Origin: a bacterium
Lineage (GTDB): Bacteria; DUMJ01
Direction: 5' to 3'
Assembly (NCBI GenBank): GCA_049970495.1
Contig: JBMFMV010000001.1
Location: 45,425-109,424 of the forward strand
Length of the DNA stretch: 64,000 bases
A model generated the notes under the pieces. That model made no database searches and had not been told where the DNA came from. It worked only from the letters and a program-made list of their open reading frames with translations. The translations under genes were made by a program, and so were the position numbers. Below, in pieces: positions 20,885-30,766 of this stretch (positions are counted from its first letter, which is position 1; every line of letters begins with the position of its first letter).

Positions 20885-20933
20885 CTTAAAAAGACCTTAA
20901 CTATCTTTAACTAATCTTTAATAAGAGTTTAAT
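20885..20933 (+). promoter_or_regulatory. Pho-box-like direct repeat array
   Basis: Five YTTAA units with TTAA at 20886, 20897, 20907, 20918 and 20929 (10-11 bp period) upstream of phoA-pstS. Confidence 0.65.
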
Positions 20934-21003
20934 CTACCTTCTCTAAGCTATAAAGTGATGAGGTATAAAAAATGGGGCAAAAATTTTATGGAGGTGTAAT
21001 AGT

Positions 21004-22383
21004 ATGAAGTTTTACGTAAAAAGGTTGTCTGTAGCTCTTTTAATGCTTATCTTCCTATTTTCTCTCCAGAGCACTGCAATCTCAGCTGTTCCAAGGGTGA
21101 AGTATGTTATAGTTATGATTGCTGATGGGGCTGGGATGGCCCATTTAGGTGCAGCACATTACTTTAATAGACTTCTACTAGATGAAGAATTCACCATAAC
21201 AGAGAAGTTGTTTAATAAAGGTAAGCTTGGTATTGTAACAACTTATGCCCTTAATTCCTTAGTTCCTGACTCTGCCGCTTCTGGAACTGCTATAGCTACA
21301 GGTAAAAAGACTAACAATAATATGATATCTATGCTTCCTGATGGGACACCAGTGAAAACCGTTATGGAGAGAGCCATTGAGTTAGGTTATAAGACTGGTC
21401 TTATAGCCAAAAGTACTATTACAGACGCTACACCAGCTGTTTTTGCTTCTCATGTTACACATAGGAGTCTCCAGGATCAAATAGCTGTTCAGTATCTAGA
21501 AAAAAGAATTGACGTTATCCTAGGAGGAGGAAAGGCCTATTGGATCTCAGCTAGTAGTCCAGCAAGTAGTAGAAAAGACGAGAGAGACCTAATACTAGAG
21601 GCAAAAAATCTAGGCTATAACATAGTATCTAACCTAAGTGAACTAGAAGGTGTCAAGTCAGGTAAAGTCTTAGGTTTATTCTCTAGTGGGAATATGCCAT
21701 TTAGACTAGACGCAGACCCAACAGTTATACCATCACTTAAAGAGATGACAGAAAAGGCTATAGAACTTTTATACGAAAACAGTAAAGGATTTTTCCTTAT
21801 GGTAGAAGGTAGTAGAGTTGACCATGCCTCTCATAACAATGATATAGCTAGTGTAATAGCAGAATTACGTGAGTTTGATGAGGCAGTAAGAGTTGCTTTG
21901 GATTTTTACAATAAACATCCGAGAGAGACTCTTCTTATAGTAACTACAGACCATGATAACGGAGGCCTTTCTATCACTTCAGGCTATGATACCTCAGGTA
22001 AAGGTAGATACCCTACAGTAGAAGACCTAAATAGAATATTCTTAGTGCCATTTTCCTTTGAAAGGGCTAAGTCTGTGGTAGAGAAAGAGGGTGTAGAAAA
22101 ACTCTTTAATGAGCACTACACAGGAGAATTAAGGATCCCACAAGAGTGGATGGAGAGATTAACATCCAATAAACCTATCACTCCTACTCTCAACAGTCCA
22201 TTCTATGCAAGTCTTGGGGCTGGATTTTCCGCAGTATATATGACTGCTTGGGCTACAAATGACCACACTGCTACGCCTGTCTGGGTTGTCTCTCTTGGTC
22301 CTGGAAGTTATAGACTCAGTGGTTTTATAGACCAAACAGAGATAGGTAAGACTATATTTAGAATGTTAGGAGAAATAAGATAG
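21004..22383 (+). CDS. phoA: Secreted alkaline phosphatase (PhoA family)
   Basis: Signal peptide; IADG, PDSAASGTA (catalytic Ser), DATPA, VEGSRVDHASH, TDHD, HT. Confidence 0.92.
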   Translation: MKFYVKRLSVALLMLIFLFSLQSTAISAVPRVKYVIVMIADGAGMAHLGAAHYFNRLLLDEEFTITEKLFNKGKLGIVTTYALNSLVPDSAASGTAIATGKKTNNNMISMLPDGTPVKTVMERAIELGYKTGLIAKSTITDATPAVFASHVTHRSLQDQIAVQYLEKRIDVILGGGKAYWISASSPASSRKDERDLILEAKNLGYNIVSNLSELEGVKSGKVLGLFSSGNMPFRLDADPTVIPSLKEMTEKAIELLYENSKGFFLMVEGSRVDHASHNNDIASVIAELREFDEAVRVALDFYNKHPRETLLIVTTDHDNGGLSITSGYDTSGKGRYPTVEDLNRIFLVPFSFERAKSVVEKEGVEKLFNEHYTGELRIPQEWMERLTSNKPITPTLNSPFYASLGAGFSAVYMTAWATNDHTATPVWVVSLGPGSYRLSGFIDQTEIGKTIFRMLGEIR

Positions 22384-22386
22384 GAG

Positions 22387-23238
22387 GTGAAGAAGATGTT
22401 AAAGAGACTATTAGCAATATTTTCGATTGGGTTATTACTACTTAGTAGCCAGATAGCCTATGCCACAATAGTAAAAGGGAGGGTTACAGTTAAGGGTTCA
22501 GACACAATGGTAATTATGGTTCAGAGATTAGCAGAAGAATATATGACAAAGTTTAGAGGAAAGGTAATACAAATATCTGGTGGTGGTAGTGGGGTAGGAA
22601 TCGCAGCATTAATAAATAGGACTACAGATATCGCTAACGCTTCTAGACCAATTAAGGATGTAGAGAAAAATGCTATTAAAAAGGCTTGGGGGAAAGACCC
22701 TAAAGAGTTCAAGGTAGCGCTAGATGGTATCACAATATACGTAAATCCTGATAATCCTCTAAAGGAGATCACCTTAGATCAGTTAAAGGACATATTTACC
22801 GGGAAAATTACCAGCTGGAAAGACCTTGGATGGGAGGATAAACCTATAATAGTTTATACAAGGGAAAATAGCTCAGGCACATATGTATTCTTTAAGGAGC
22901 ATGTTCTTAAAAATCAGGACTATACGAGTAAGGCTCAGAGTATGCCAGGAACAGCATCAGTGGTAAATGCAGTATCTAAGGAAAAGTATAGCATAGGATA
23001 TGGTGGAATTGCTTATGCAAAGGGAGTTAAAATATTAGCAGTGAAAAAAGATAAGGATTCTCCAGCATATCTACCAATAGAAGAGAACATCAAAAAGGCG
23101 GTGTATCCTATAAGTAGATACCTATACATGTATACCTGTGAGTATGACGATCCTGAAGTAAAGGCTTTCATAGATTGGGTTCTTTCCGATGAGGGACAAA
23201 GAGTTGTCCTAGAAGTAGGTTATTTCCCTATAAAATAG
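22387..23238 (+). CDS. pstS: Phosphate ABC transporter substrate-binding protein
   Basis: KGSDT, GGGSGVGI, ANASR, RENSSGT, YPISRYLY. Confidence 0.93.
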   Translation: MKKMLKRLLAIFSIGLLLLSSQIAYATIVKGRVTVKGSDTMVIMVQRLAEEYMTKFRGKVIQISGGGSGVGIAALINRTTDIANASRPIKDVEKNAIKKAWGKDPKEFKVALDGITIYVNPDNPLKEITLDQLKDIFTGKITSWKDLGWEDKPIIVYTRENSSGTYVFFKEHVLKNQDYTSKAQSMPGTASVVNAVSKEKYSIGYGGIAYAKGVKILAVKKDKDSPAYLPIEENIKKAVYPISRYLYMYTCEYDDPEVKAFIDWVLSDEGQRVVLEVGYFPIK

Positions 23239-23250
23239 TTTTATATTTAG

Positions 23251-23282
23251 AAAAGCTCCCCAATTTCAAGGGGAGCTTTTTA
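23251..23282. terminator. Bidirectional intrinsic terminator
   Basis: AAAAGCTCCCC-AATTTCAA-GGGGAGCTTTT between convergent genes. Confidence 0.85.
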
Positions 23283-23304
23283 TTTCTTAACCTATCCCAT
23301 TAGC

Positions 23305-24891
23305 TTAAAACAAGAATTTTTCTATTTTCCCTTCTAAAAATCTATAGATATACCTTCCCTTTTCCAAGATATCCTCTTTTACAAGCCTTTCTATGTCAAA
23401 ATAAAATATACCTATCTTTTGGCTTCTAAATATCTCTCTAGACTGTATCTTCTTAAAAGCCCTTATAATATCCTTCTCCTCACTCGAGAATACCAATTCT
23501 TCCGGCAGATAATCTTCTGGATGGATACTTAGAACATCAAATCTGAATAGATTCTTCAGGATCTCATAATCCTCTATAAGCCTGAGGTTTAAAAGGGATT
23601 TATATAAATCACTTATAAAGTCTCTAGTATTTTTTCTACAATCAACCTTATAGCTTAATCTCTCAAAGACCTCTGAAGGGGAAAATTTCCTAAAAATATA
23701 TCTTAAAGTCCAATACAGATTCTTCCTGTTATAAAGTCTATCCAACAATGTCTCCATCCTCTTTAACCTATAGATCTCCCTATATGATATAAACTTATTA
23801 GAGAGCACTTCATAAGGAGGAAAAGTGTAATATTCATAATTATAGACTTCAGCTTCGTTTCTTATCCTTGTCCCCTTTAGCAATTTTAAAAATCCTAACT
23901 GAACCTCATCGGCAAAATAAAAGATGGTCTTATCTAAAGACTTCTTAAACCCTTCAAAGCCCTCATAGGGCAGTCCAGCTATCAAGTCTAGATGAAGGAA
24001 ACACTTCTTCTCTTCTAAGAGCTTCTTTATATTTCTATCTAGTCTTTCTAAATCGACAAAACCTCTTCCTATAGCCTTAAGAGTATCGCTTTTAAAACTC
24101 TGAATCCCCATCTCAAGTCTAAATAAACCTTCTTTAGAAGCATTTAGAGTAGATATTATATCTTCATCTAATAGAGAAGGTTCAATCTCAAGATGAACTT
24201 GCGTTTCCTTAGAGTATCTTTTACAGAACTCTATTATCTCTATAGCCCTGGCTTTATCTATGTTAAATGTCCTGTCAACAAATTTTAAAAGTCTCACCCT
24301 ATTATCAAAGAAAAACTTAATATCGTCAAAGACCTTTTCCATTGGTGCAAATCTAACCTTTTTATCTAATGAAGATAGGCAATAGAAGCAGTTAAATGGG
24401 CATCCTCTACTTGTCTCATAATAATATATCTTATTGACATCTATCTTCTCATCTTTATATGGGAAAGGGAGTTTTTCCATATCAAAGTACTGGTAGTCTC
24501 TACAAATAAATTCTCTGTTTTCTGAGATAGCTTTACAAAATTCCACAAAGAAAGGTTCGCCTTCACCTCTTACTATAAAATCCACATACTGCCAATCTTT
24601 CAATTCATCAAAATATACCTCCGGTCCTCCTAGAATAATCTTTACATCTTTTAGAACTTTTCTAATCCCTTCTACAAGCCTCCTCACATAGAGGGCATTC
24701 CATATATAAACAGATATAGCTATATATTTTGGTTTCTCTTCTACTATCCTAAAGAGGACATCATTTAAGTCTTGATTAATATTAAACTCCAAAAACTTAC
24801 AGGGATATATCTCTTTACAGAGGTGATAAAAGTATCTAATTGCAATATTAGTATGGATATACTTGGCATTTATCCCTACAAATAAAAGCAT
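23305..24891 (-). CDS. B12-binding-domain radical SAM protein (DUF4080-type)
   Basis: NAKYIHTN, SVYIWN, LGGPEV, YETSRGCPFNCFYCLS (CxxxCxxC), KFVDRTFN, HLDLIAGLP. Confidence 0.88.
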   Translation of the reverse strand: MLLFVGINAKYIHTNIAIRYFYHLCKEIYPCKFLEFNINQDLNDVLFRIVEEKPKYIAISVYIWNALYVRRLVEGIRKVLKDVKIILGGPEVYFDELKDWQYVDFIVRGEGEPFFVEFCKAISENREFICRDYQYFDMEKLPFPYKDEKIDVNKIYYYETSRGCPFNCFYCLSSLDKKVRFAPMEKVFDDIKFFFDNRVRLLKFVDRTFNIDKARAIEIIEFCKRYSKETQVHLEIEPSLLDEDIISTLNASKEGLFRLEMGIQSFKSDTLKAIGRGFVDLERLDRNIKKLLEEKKCFLHLDLIAGLPYEGFEGFKKSLDKTIFYFADEVQLGFLKLLKGTRIRNEAEVYNYEYYTFPPYEVLSNKFISYREIYRLKRMETLLDRLYNRKNLYWTLRYIFRKFSPSEVFERLSYKVDCRKNTRDFISDLYKSLLNLRLIEDYEILKNLFRFDVLSIHPEDYLPEELVFSSEEKDIIRAFKKIQSREIFRSQKIGIFYFDIERLVKEDILEKGRYIYRFLEGKIEKFLF

Positions 24892-24895
24892 CTGC

Positions 24896-25075
24896 CTATT
24901 TCTTCTTAACTAGGAAAATAACTAAACCGGCAAGCCCTATGCCTGAAAGTAGAGCCAGGACATCTACCACAAATGTAGCAGTACCTGGCTCTAGAAAGAA
25001 GAGTAGTCCACCAGAAACTAAGATAACAAATATCGCTATCCTAAATACCCCTAAACCTATATATGGATCTATCAT
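24896..25075 (-). CDS. Small two-helix membrane protein (59 aa; not in the ORF track)
   Basis: MIDPYIGLGVFRIAIFVILVSGGLLFFLEPGTATFVVDVLALLSGIGLAGLVIFLVKKK. ATGA overlap with the upstream ATPase stop; ends 4 nt before the radical SAM start. Confidence 0.8.
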   Translation of the reverse strand: MIDPYIGLGVFRIAIFVILVSGGLLFFLEPGTATFVVDVLALLSGIGLAGLVIFLVKKK

Positions 25076-26073
25076 TTTCCTCTAAATAAGAAACAGGATA
25101 CATAATGGTCTTTTTCGGGTTCATACATATCGGGCACTTCCTTATCACAGGTTCCTTCTATCCAGAATGGACATCTAGGATTAAAAGTACAACCTGGAGG
25201 CAGATTAAGAAGACTAGGTATATCTAAACTTCTCAACTGCATAGGCTTCTTACTCCTAGTAACCTGAGGGTCTGCCTCTGGGATAGCCATAAGCAGAGCC
25301 TTTGTATAAGGATGTAGAGGATTTTCTATCACTCTAGGCGTAGGTCCTATCTCTACAATCCTTCCAAGATACATAACCGCAATCCTACCTTCCCATCCAA
25401 AATATTTAGCCATTGCAAGGTCATGTGTTATGAATAAGAATGTGACATTCATCTCTTCTTTGAGACGTCTCAATAGTTCTATAATACTAAGTCTTATAGA
25501 TACATCTAGCATAGAGACTGCCTCATCTGCTACAATAAATCTTGGATTTAGTGTTAGAGAACGTGCTATAACTACCCTCTGTCTCTGCCCTCCACTTAGC
25601 TGGTGTGGATATTTATATATAAAATCTCTCGGCGGGGTAAGGTCTACCCTATCCAAAAGTTCAAGAACCCTTTCTTCTGCCTCGTCTTTATTTTTTACTA
25701 TACCGTGCCTAAATAGAGGGGCACTCAAGATATTGAATATCCTGTGGACAGGATTTAAAGAAGAATAAGGGTCTTGATGTATAATCTGAACAGCCTTTCT
25801 ATAATTCTTAAACTCATCCTTATTCATACTCCATATGTCTTTTCCTTCGAATAATATCCTGCCCGAAGTAGGCTTTATTAATCCAACAATAAGTTTTCCG
25901 GTAGTCGTCTTCCCACAACCACTCTCACCAACTAAACAGAGGACCTCTCCTTTATGTATGGATAGGGAGAGGTCTCCTATAACCTGCATATACTTCTTTC
26001 CCCCAAAGATACTACTTCTAACTGTAAAGGATTTGCTTATATGGTCAAGTTGTATAATAGCCCTATCTTCCAT
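25072..26073 (-). CDS. Opp/Dpp-family ABC ATPase (OppF-like)
   Basis: GESGCGKT, LSGGQRQR, ADE, HPYT, C-terminal C.F.PRC. Confidence 0.93.
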   Translation of the reverse strand: MEDRAIIQLDHISKSFTVRSSIFGGKKYMQVIGDLSLSIHKGEVLCLVGESGCGKTTTGKLIVGLIKPTSGRILFEGKDIWSMNKDEFKNYRKAVQIIHQDPYSSLNPVHRIFNILSAPLFRHGIVKNKDEAEERVLELLDRVDLTPPRDFIYKYPHQLSGGQRQRVVIARSLTLNPRFIVADEAVSMLDVSIRLSIIELLRRLKEEMNVTFLFITHDLAMAKYFGWEGRIAVMYLGRIVEIGPTPRVIENPLHPYTKALLMAIPEADPQVTRSKKPMQLRSLDIPSLLNLPPGCTFNPRCPFWIEGTCDKEVPDMYEPEKDHYVSCFLFRGK

Positions 26074-27055
26074 TGTTGATCTCCTTATATCTAAAACATG
26101 CTACAAAATGTTCTGGACCCACCTCTATTAATATAGGCTCAGATTCTTCACATCTCGACTCCTTATACTCACACCTAGGTGCAAATTTACACCCTGGCGA
26201 AAGGTTTATAAGGTCTGGAGGTGAGCCGGGAATAGAGTAAAGCTCTCTAAAACCTGCAGTTACAGTAGGGACAGCCTTTATAAGCCCAAGGGTATACGGA
26301 TGTTTTGGACGATAGAAGATATCTTCTACACTACCAAGTTCTACTATAGCCCCAGCATACATAACCGCCACCCTATCTGCCAATTCTGCAGCCAGAGAAA
26401 GATCATGGGATATAAATATCATCGAAAGTCCCATATCTGCCTTGATGATCCTTAAAAGTTCAATAATATTCCTCTGGGTGAGTATATCTAGAGCGGTTGT
26501 TGGCTCGTCTAAGATAAGTACCTTAGGCTCTAATAATAGACTCATAGCGATAAGAACCCTTTGTCTCATACCACCACTTAGCTCATGTGGGTATGAGTTT
26601 ATAACACGTTCCGGATCTAGCTGAACATATCTCAAAAGTGATACAGCTCTATCCCTGACAAAACCTCTATTACTTATTCCATGAGCTTTTGCGGTATCAT
26701 ATATCTGATCCCATATCTTTAAGACTGGATTAAAGGAGTTTAATGCGGATTGAAAGACCATGGCAACTTCTTTCCACCTAAATTGTCTTAAATCTTTCTC
26801 ATTAAATTTACTTATATCATATTCGTTTCCATTTCCCCTATAAACAATTCTTCCATCTTTTATATATCCTGAGGAAGGGAGTAATCTTATAATTGCGGTT
26901 CCCAATGTTGTTTTCCCCGATCCGCTTTCTCCTATTAGCGCCAAATTCTCTCCCTTATAGAGCTTTAGATTTACTCCTCTTACAGCCTTTACCTTTCCCC
27001 TTATATTAGAATACTCAACAAAGAGATTTTCTACATTTAAAATTTCTTTAGTCAA
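26063..27055 (-). CDS. Opp/Dpp-family ABC ATPase (OppD-like)
   Basis: GESGSGKT, LSGGMRQR, LDEPTTALD, HPYT. Confidence 0.93.
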   Translation of the reverse strand: MTKEILNVENLFVEYSNIRGKVKAVRGVNLKLYKGENLALIGESGSGKTTLGTAIIRLLPSSGYIKDGRIVYRGNGNEYDISKFNEKDLRQFRWKEVAMVFQSALNSFNPVLKIWDQIYDTAKAHGISNRGFVRDRAVSLLRYVQLDPERVINSYPHELSGGMRQRVLIAMSLLLEPKVLILDEPTTALDILTQRNIIELLRIIKADMGLSMIFISHDLSLAAELADRVAVMYAGAIVELGSVEDIFYRPKHPYTLGLIKAVPTVTAGFRELYSIPGSPPDLINLSPGCKFAPRCEYKESRCEESEPILIEVGPEHFVACFRYKEINNGR

Positions 27056-27056
27056 T

Positions 27057-27932
27057 CTACTCTCCCGCCCTTAATCTTGGATTGAATATACCTTCTAGTG
27101 ACCTAGTGAAAGTCACTGCAGACCACTGGAATAGCGCTATAGCTATTATTGGTGATAGGATATAAAAAATACTCCCCTTATAGAATATAGCACCTCTAGT
27201 CCAGGCTAGTTGAATCATAAGACCCCAATTATGACCATAAAAGGGAACAAGACCAAGTATTATTAACCCCACCTGACTGTACACCGCCCCTGTCATTGCC
27301 ATAATGAGGCTTATAACTATATAGCTCAGCATATTGGGAAGGATTTCAGAGAATATTATATGCATTCTCCCAAGGTCCAAGACCCTTGCAGCTTCTATGT
27401 AATCTCTCTCCTTTATTGAGAGAACCTGAGATCTGATTGCTCTTGCAAGGGCGGGCCAACCAAGGAAACCAATAATAAATGCCAACATAGTGGGATTGGT
27501 AAGCCTTACAAATGCTGCTAATACAGCCAAGAGTGGAAACTGTGGGATTGTAAGGATTATCTCAGTTATAAACATAATAAAAGTATCTGTAAAACCTCCT
27601 GCATATGCGCTCAATGAGCCTAAACTTACCGCTATTAATGTAGAGATAAGACCTGCTAGGAATGCCACTATTATAACATCTTTACCACCGTTGACTATCT
27701 GCGAGAATATATCTCTCCCCTGATTATCTGTGCCTAGGATATGCTCTCTCGATGGAAACTGGTATATCTTGTCGAGTTTCACCTCTGTATCTAGTTTTAT
27801 AAAATACGGTCCGATAAAAGAGAGTAATAATATGAACAAGAGGAAAATAAAGCCAACAAGTCCTGCCTTATCTCTAGAGATAATAATCAGAGGTTCTAGA
27901 AATATTCTTCTTAAGAGATTTTTAGCACTCAT
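27057..27932 (-). CDS. Opp/Dpp-family ABC permease (OppC-like)
   Basis: HILGTDNQGRDI, EAA loop (YIEAARVL). Confidence 0.92.
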   Translation of the reverse strand: MSAKNLLRRIFLEPLIIISRDKAGLVGFIFLLFILLLSFIGPYFIKLDTEVKLDKIYQFPSREHILGTDNQGRDIFSQIVNGGKDVIIVAFLAGLISTLIAVSLGSLSAYAGGFTDTFIMFITEIILTIPQFPLLAVLAAFVRLTNPTMLAFIIGFLGWPALARAIRSQVLSIKERDYIEAARVLDLGRMHIIFSEILPNMLSYIVISLIMAMTGAVYSQVGLIILGLVPFYGHNWGLMIQLAWTRGAIFYKGSIFYILSPIIAIALFQWSAVTFTRSLEGIFNPRLRAGE

Positions 27933-28960
27933 TATTCTCCTCCTATCTTTATGCGGGGGTCTAATTTTGAGTAGAGTAAGTCAGCAATGAAGTTTGCCAC
28001 TATAACAGCAATAGTAATTATTAAAAATACCGCCTGCATAACAGGGTAATCCCTCTGAGCTATACTAGCACCCAAAGCCCAACCAATACCTTTATATACG
28101 AATATACTCTCTATTAAAGCAGAACCTCCCATAAGAAACCCCATCTGCATAGTCAAACTAGTGAATAGTGGAAGAAGCGCATTCCTACCCACATAGGCGA
28201 ATGTTATACGACTCTCAGGGAGTCCTCTAGCCTTTGCTACCGTTACATAATCTTCTCCTAAAGTATTAAGGGTACTACTCTTCATACTCAACGTCCATCC
28301 ACCGACAGTACTGACTACATAGGTCATGATTGGTAAGAGTGCATGTGAGAATATATCTTTTATAAATATCCATGTAAACCCTGGCTTTATACCTGGAGAA
28401 ACCGTCCCCCTCATAGCGCTTACTGGTATTAGACCAAGTTGTACACCTATAATGATGAGTAAGAGTATACCGATCAAATAGTTTGGTATAGCGCTCAATA
28501 TTGCTGCAATAGTCGACATAACATGATCAAATATACTTCCCCTCTTGTAAGCGGAGATCATACCTAGCGTGATACCCAATGAAAAACTTATAAGTATAGA
28601 GATGCCAACACTAAAGATAGTCCAAGGTAGATAGGCAGCAATCATCAAAGATACAGGGGTTCCCTGAGAGAGGAAAGAAACTCCAAAGTCTCCCCTCAAT
28701 AGATTTCTCATATAGATTACATACTGCTTAGAGAGCGGTGCATTTAGGTCTATTGAGAATAATGCAGCTGCTTGGTTCTTTGCATCCTGAAAGCTCATCC
28801 CATATTGAGACATAAGCTGGCCTATATATATCTCTATTGGATTTCCTGGCATAAGTCTGATGATAAAAAATGTCAATGTTGCAACTATAAAGATAGTCAA
28901 AATCGCCCTTACAACTCTAAGGAATATGTAATTAGAGAGAAGTTTTTTAACTTTGCTCAA
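27932..28960 (-). CDS. Opp/Dpp-family ABC permease (OppB-like)
   Basis: RLMPGNP, GDFGVS, DYVTVAKARGL, RDYPVMQ, LDPRI. Confidence 0.92.
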   Translation of the reverse strand: MSKVKKLLSNYIFLRVVRAILTIFIVATLTFFIIRLMPGNPIEIYIGQLMSQYGMSFQDAKNQAAALFSIDLNAPLSKQYVIYMRNLLRGDFGVSFLSQGTPVSLMIAAYLPWTIFSVGISILISFSLGITLGMISAYKRGSIFDHVMSTIAAILSAIPNYLIGILLLIIIGVQLGLIPVSAMRGTVSPGIKPGFTWIFIKDIFSHALLPIMTYVVSTVGGWTLSMKSSTLNTLGEDYVTVAKARGLPESRITFAYVGRNALLPLFTSLTMQMGFLMGGSALIESIFVYKGIGWALGASIAQRDYPVMQAVFLIITIAVIVANFIADLLYSKLDPRIKIGGE

Positions 28961-28990
28961 TTTTCTTACCCTCCTAGACTGATAAAATTA

Positions 28991-29015
28991 GGGGACGTCT
29001 CAAAGAGACGTCCCC
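28991..29015 (-). terminator. Intercistronic stem-loop after the binding-protein gene (partial terminator or stabiliser)
   Basis: Perfect GGGGACGTCTC-AAA-GAGACGTCCCC. Confidence 0.75.
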
Positions 29016-29032
29016 ATAATATCCTTGTTTTG

Positions 29033-30766
29033 TTATTTAGTCACAGGTTTTAATGTTCCATTAAGTATCATTATTGTAACGAAGTTATCAGCATATGGGC
29101 TGTTCTTATAGATTGGGTCTCCTTCTTTAGGCCAGTTGGTTACTCTTACACCATCTAGCGATGGATTGTTTCCATATCTCTCCCAGAGTGGAACAATTGG
29201 CAGTAACTCGTTGAATGCAAGTGCTAGTTTCTCTACAATCTTCTTCTGCTGCAATACATCATAACCTTCAGCACTCTGTGTAACAAGTTTATCTAGATCT
29301 ACCTTACCTACAGACTTGGTAGTCTGAACAAGTGGGAAGTTCATTCCAGGACCTAGTCCACTCGGGTAGTTATATGTAATTAGGTCTGTATAGTAGGAGA
29401 AATGAGCATGAGGATGTGCAGAACCCCAACCAGCTATAGCCATCTGGAATCTTCCTGCTCTTACTTCAGTAGGATGCTGAGCATAAGTGATACCACGTAC
29501 AGTAGTCTTTATTCCAAACTTCGTTAACTGTTCAGCAGCGTTTTCTGCTGCAGCAGACCAGTCTGCAAATTCTGCTGGTACTAATAATTCATATTCCATC
29601 TTGTTCCCTTTATCAGTTACCCAGATACCATCTGCACCTTTCTTAAATCCAAGACCAGTTAGTATCTTTGCTGCTAGATCAGGGTTGTAATCATACTTAT
29701 TTAATCTCTTCATTACTGCTTCAGATAACCACTGTGGGACTAAGTTATCACTCAGACCGGTCATATAGATCTGTCTCTTAGCAGAGTCACCTAGGGATAC
29801 AAAGGCGTTTTCTTCTTTCTTAATTGCATAGGCTATAGCCTGTCTAACCTCTTTTAGATTGAACGGATAGATATTGTGGTTAAAGTATATTGCTGGACCA
29901 GAGTATATTGGAGGTCTTATAATCCTTATACCCATCTGTATAAATTGCTTTTCTGTAGCTGGTGGGAATCCATGAGTAGCATAATCTACCTCTTTAGCCA
30001 TAACCAGAGGAGTTACTACTGGGGTTTCTCCATTATAAATCTTGAGCTTATCAAACTGGATCTTCTCGGCATCCCAGTATCCATCGAATTTAGTAAGGGT
30101 TATCTCTGATTCAGTAAGATTCTTGGGATCTAAGATGAATGGGCCAGTACCAATCATCCTTTCTGGTCTGAACTGATCAAACTCTGCCCTAAGTTTTTTC
30201 ATCTCATCAGAGTCAGCCTTTTTACCTTGGTTAAGAAGAGCTATAACCTGGCTTGCATATTTCCCATATACTGCATCGGAACGAATTTGTGTCCTAAGGA
30301 CATATCTCTCTAAGACCATAGGGGCACACACCACTGCCATATGGAAGTCTACTGTGTAATCATCTACAGCTGTTACCTTATCTATGTATCTCCAAATAGC
30401 CCAGTTATAGAGATATCCAAGATAGAATGTAGTAACTACATCTTTAGCGGTAAATGTCTTACCATCTTGCCACTTTACACCCTTTCTCAGATATACTCTA
30501 AATGTATTTGTTTTCCTATTAAGACTCCACTTCGTTGCCAAAAGTGGCATCCATTTACCACTAGCCCAGAGATACATTGCTAGAGGCTGTTCTATAAGAT
30601 CATAATATATCCCTAAAGTGATAGCATTAGTTGCATACGAATTGAAATGACCAACTGGAGGTGGAGTATATGGCCAGGCCCCATTGAACTGTCCTGCTGC
30701 AATAGCAGAAGAAACTAAGCTAACCACTAATAACAAACTAAATAGACTTAATACTATCTTTTTCAT
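29033..30766 (-). CDS. Family-5 ABC substrate-binding protein (probably oligosaccharide-binding)
   Basis: Signal peptide; LRKGVKWQDGK.FTAKDV, GTGPF, VRQAIAYAI. Confidence 0.9.
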   Translation of the reverse strand: MKKIVLSLFSLLLVVSLVSSAIAAGQFNGAWPYTPPPVGHFNSYATNAITLGIYYDLIEQPLAMYLWASGKWMPLLATKWSLNRKTNTFRVYLRKGVKWQDGKTFTAKDVVTTFYLGYLYNWAIWRYIDKVTAVDDYTVDFHMAVVCAPMVLERYVLRTQIRSDAVYGKYASQVIALLNQGKKADSDEMKKLRAEFDQFRPERMIGTGPFILDPKNLTESEITLTKFDGYWDAEKIQFDKLKIYNGETPVVTPLVMAKEVDYATHGFPPATEKQFIQMGIRIIRPPIYSGPAIYFNHNIYPFNLKEVRQAIAYAIKKEENAFVSLGDSAKRQIYMTGLSDNLVPQWLSEAVMKRLNKYDYNPDLAAKILTGLGFKKGADGIWVTDKGNKMEYELLVPAEFADWSAAAENAAEQLTKFGIKTTVRGITYAQHPTEVRAGRFQMAIAGWGSAHPHAHFSYYTDLITYNYPSGLGPGMNFPLVQTTKSVGKVDLDKLVTQSAEGYDVLQQKKIVEKLALAFNELLPIVPLWERYGNNPSLDGVRVTNWPKEGDPIYKNSPYADNFVTIMILNGTLKPVTK

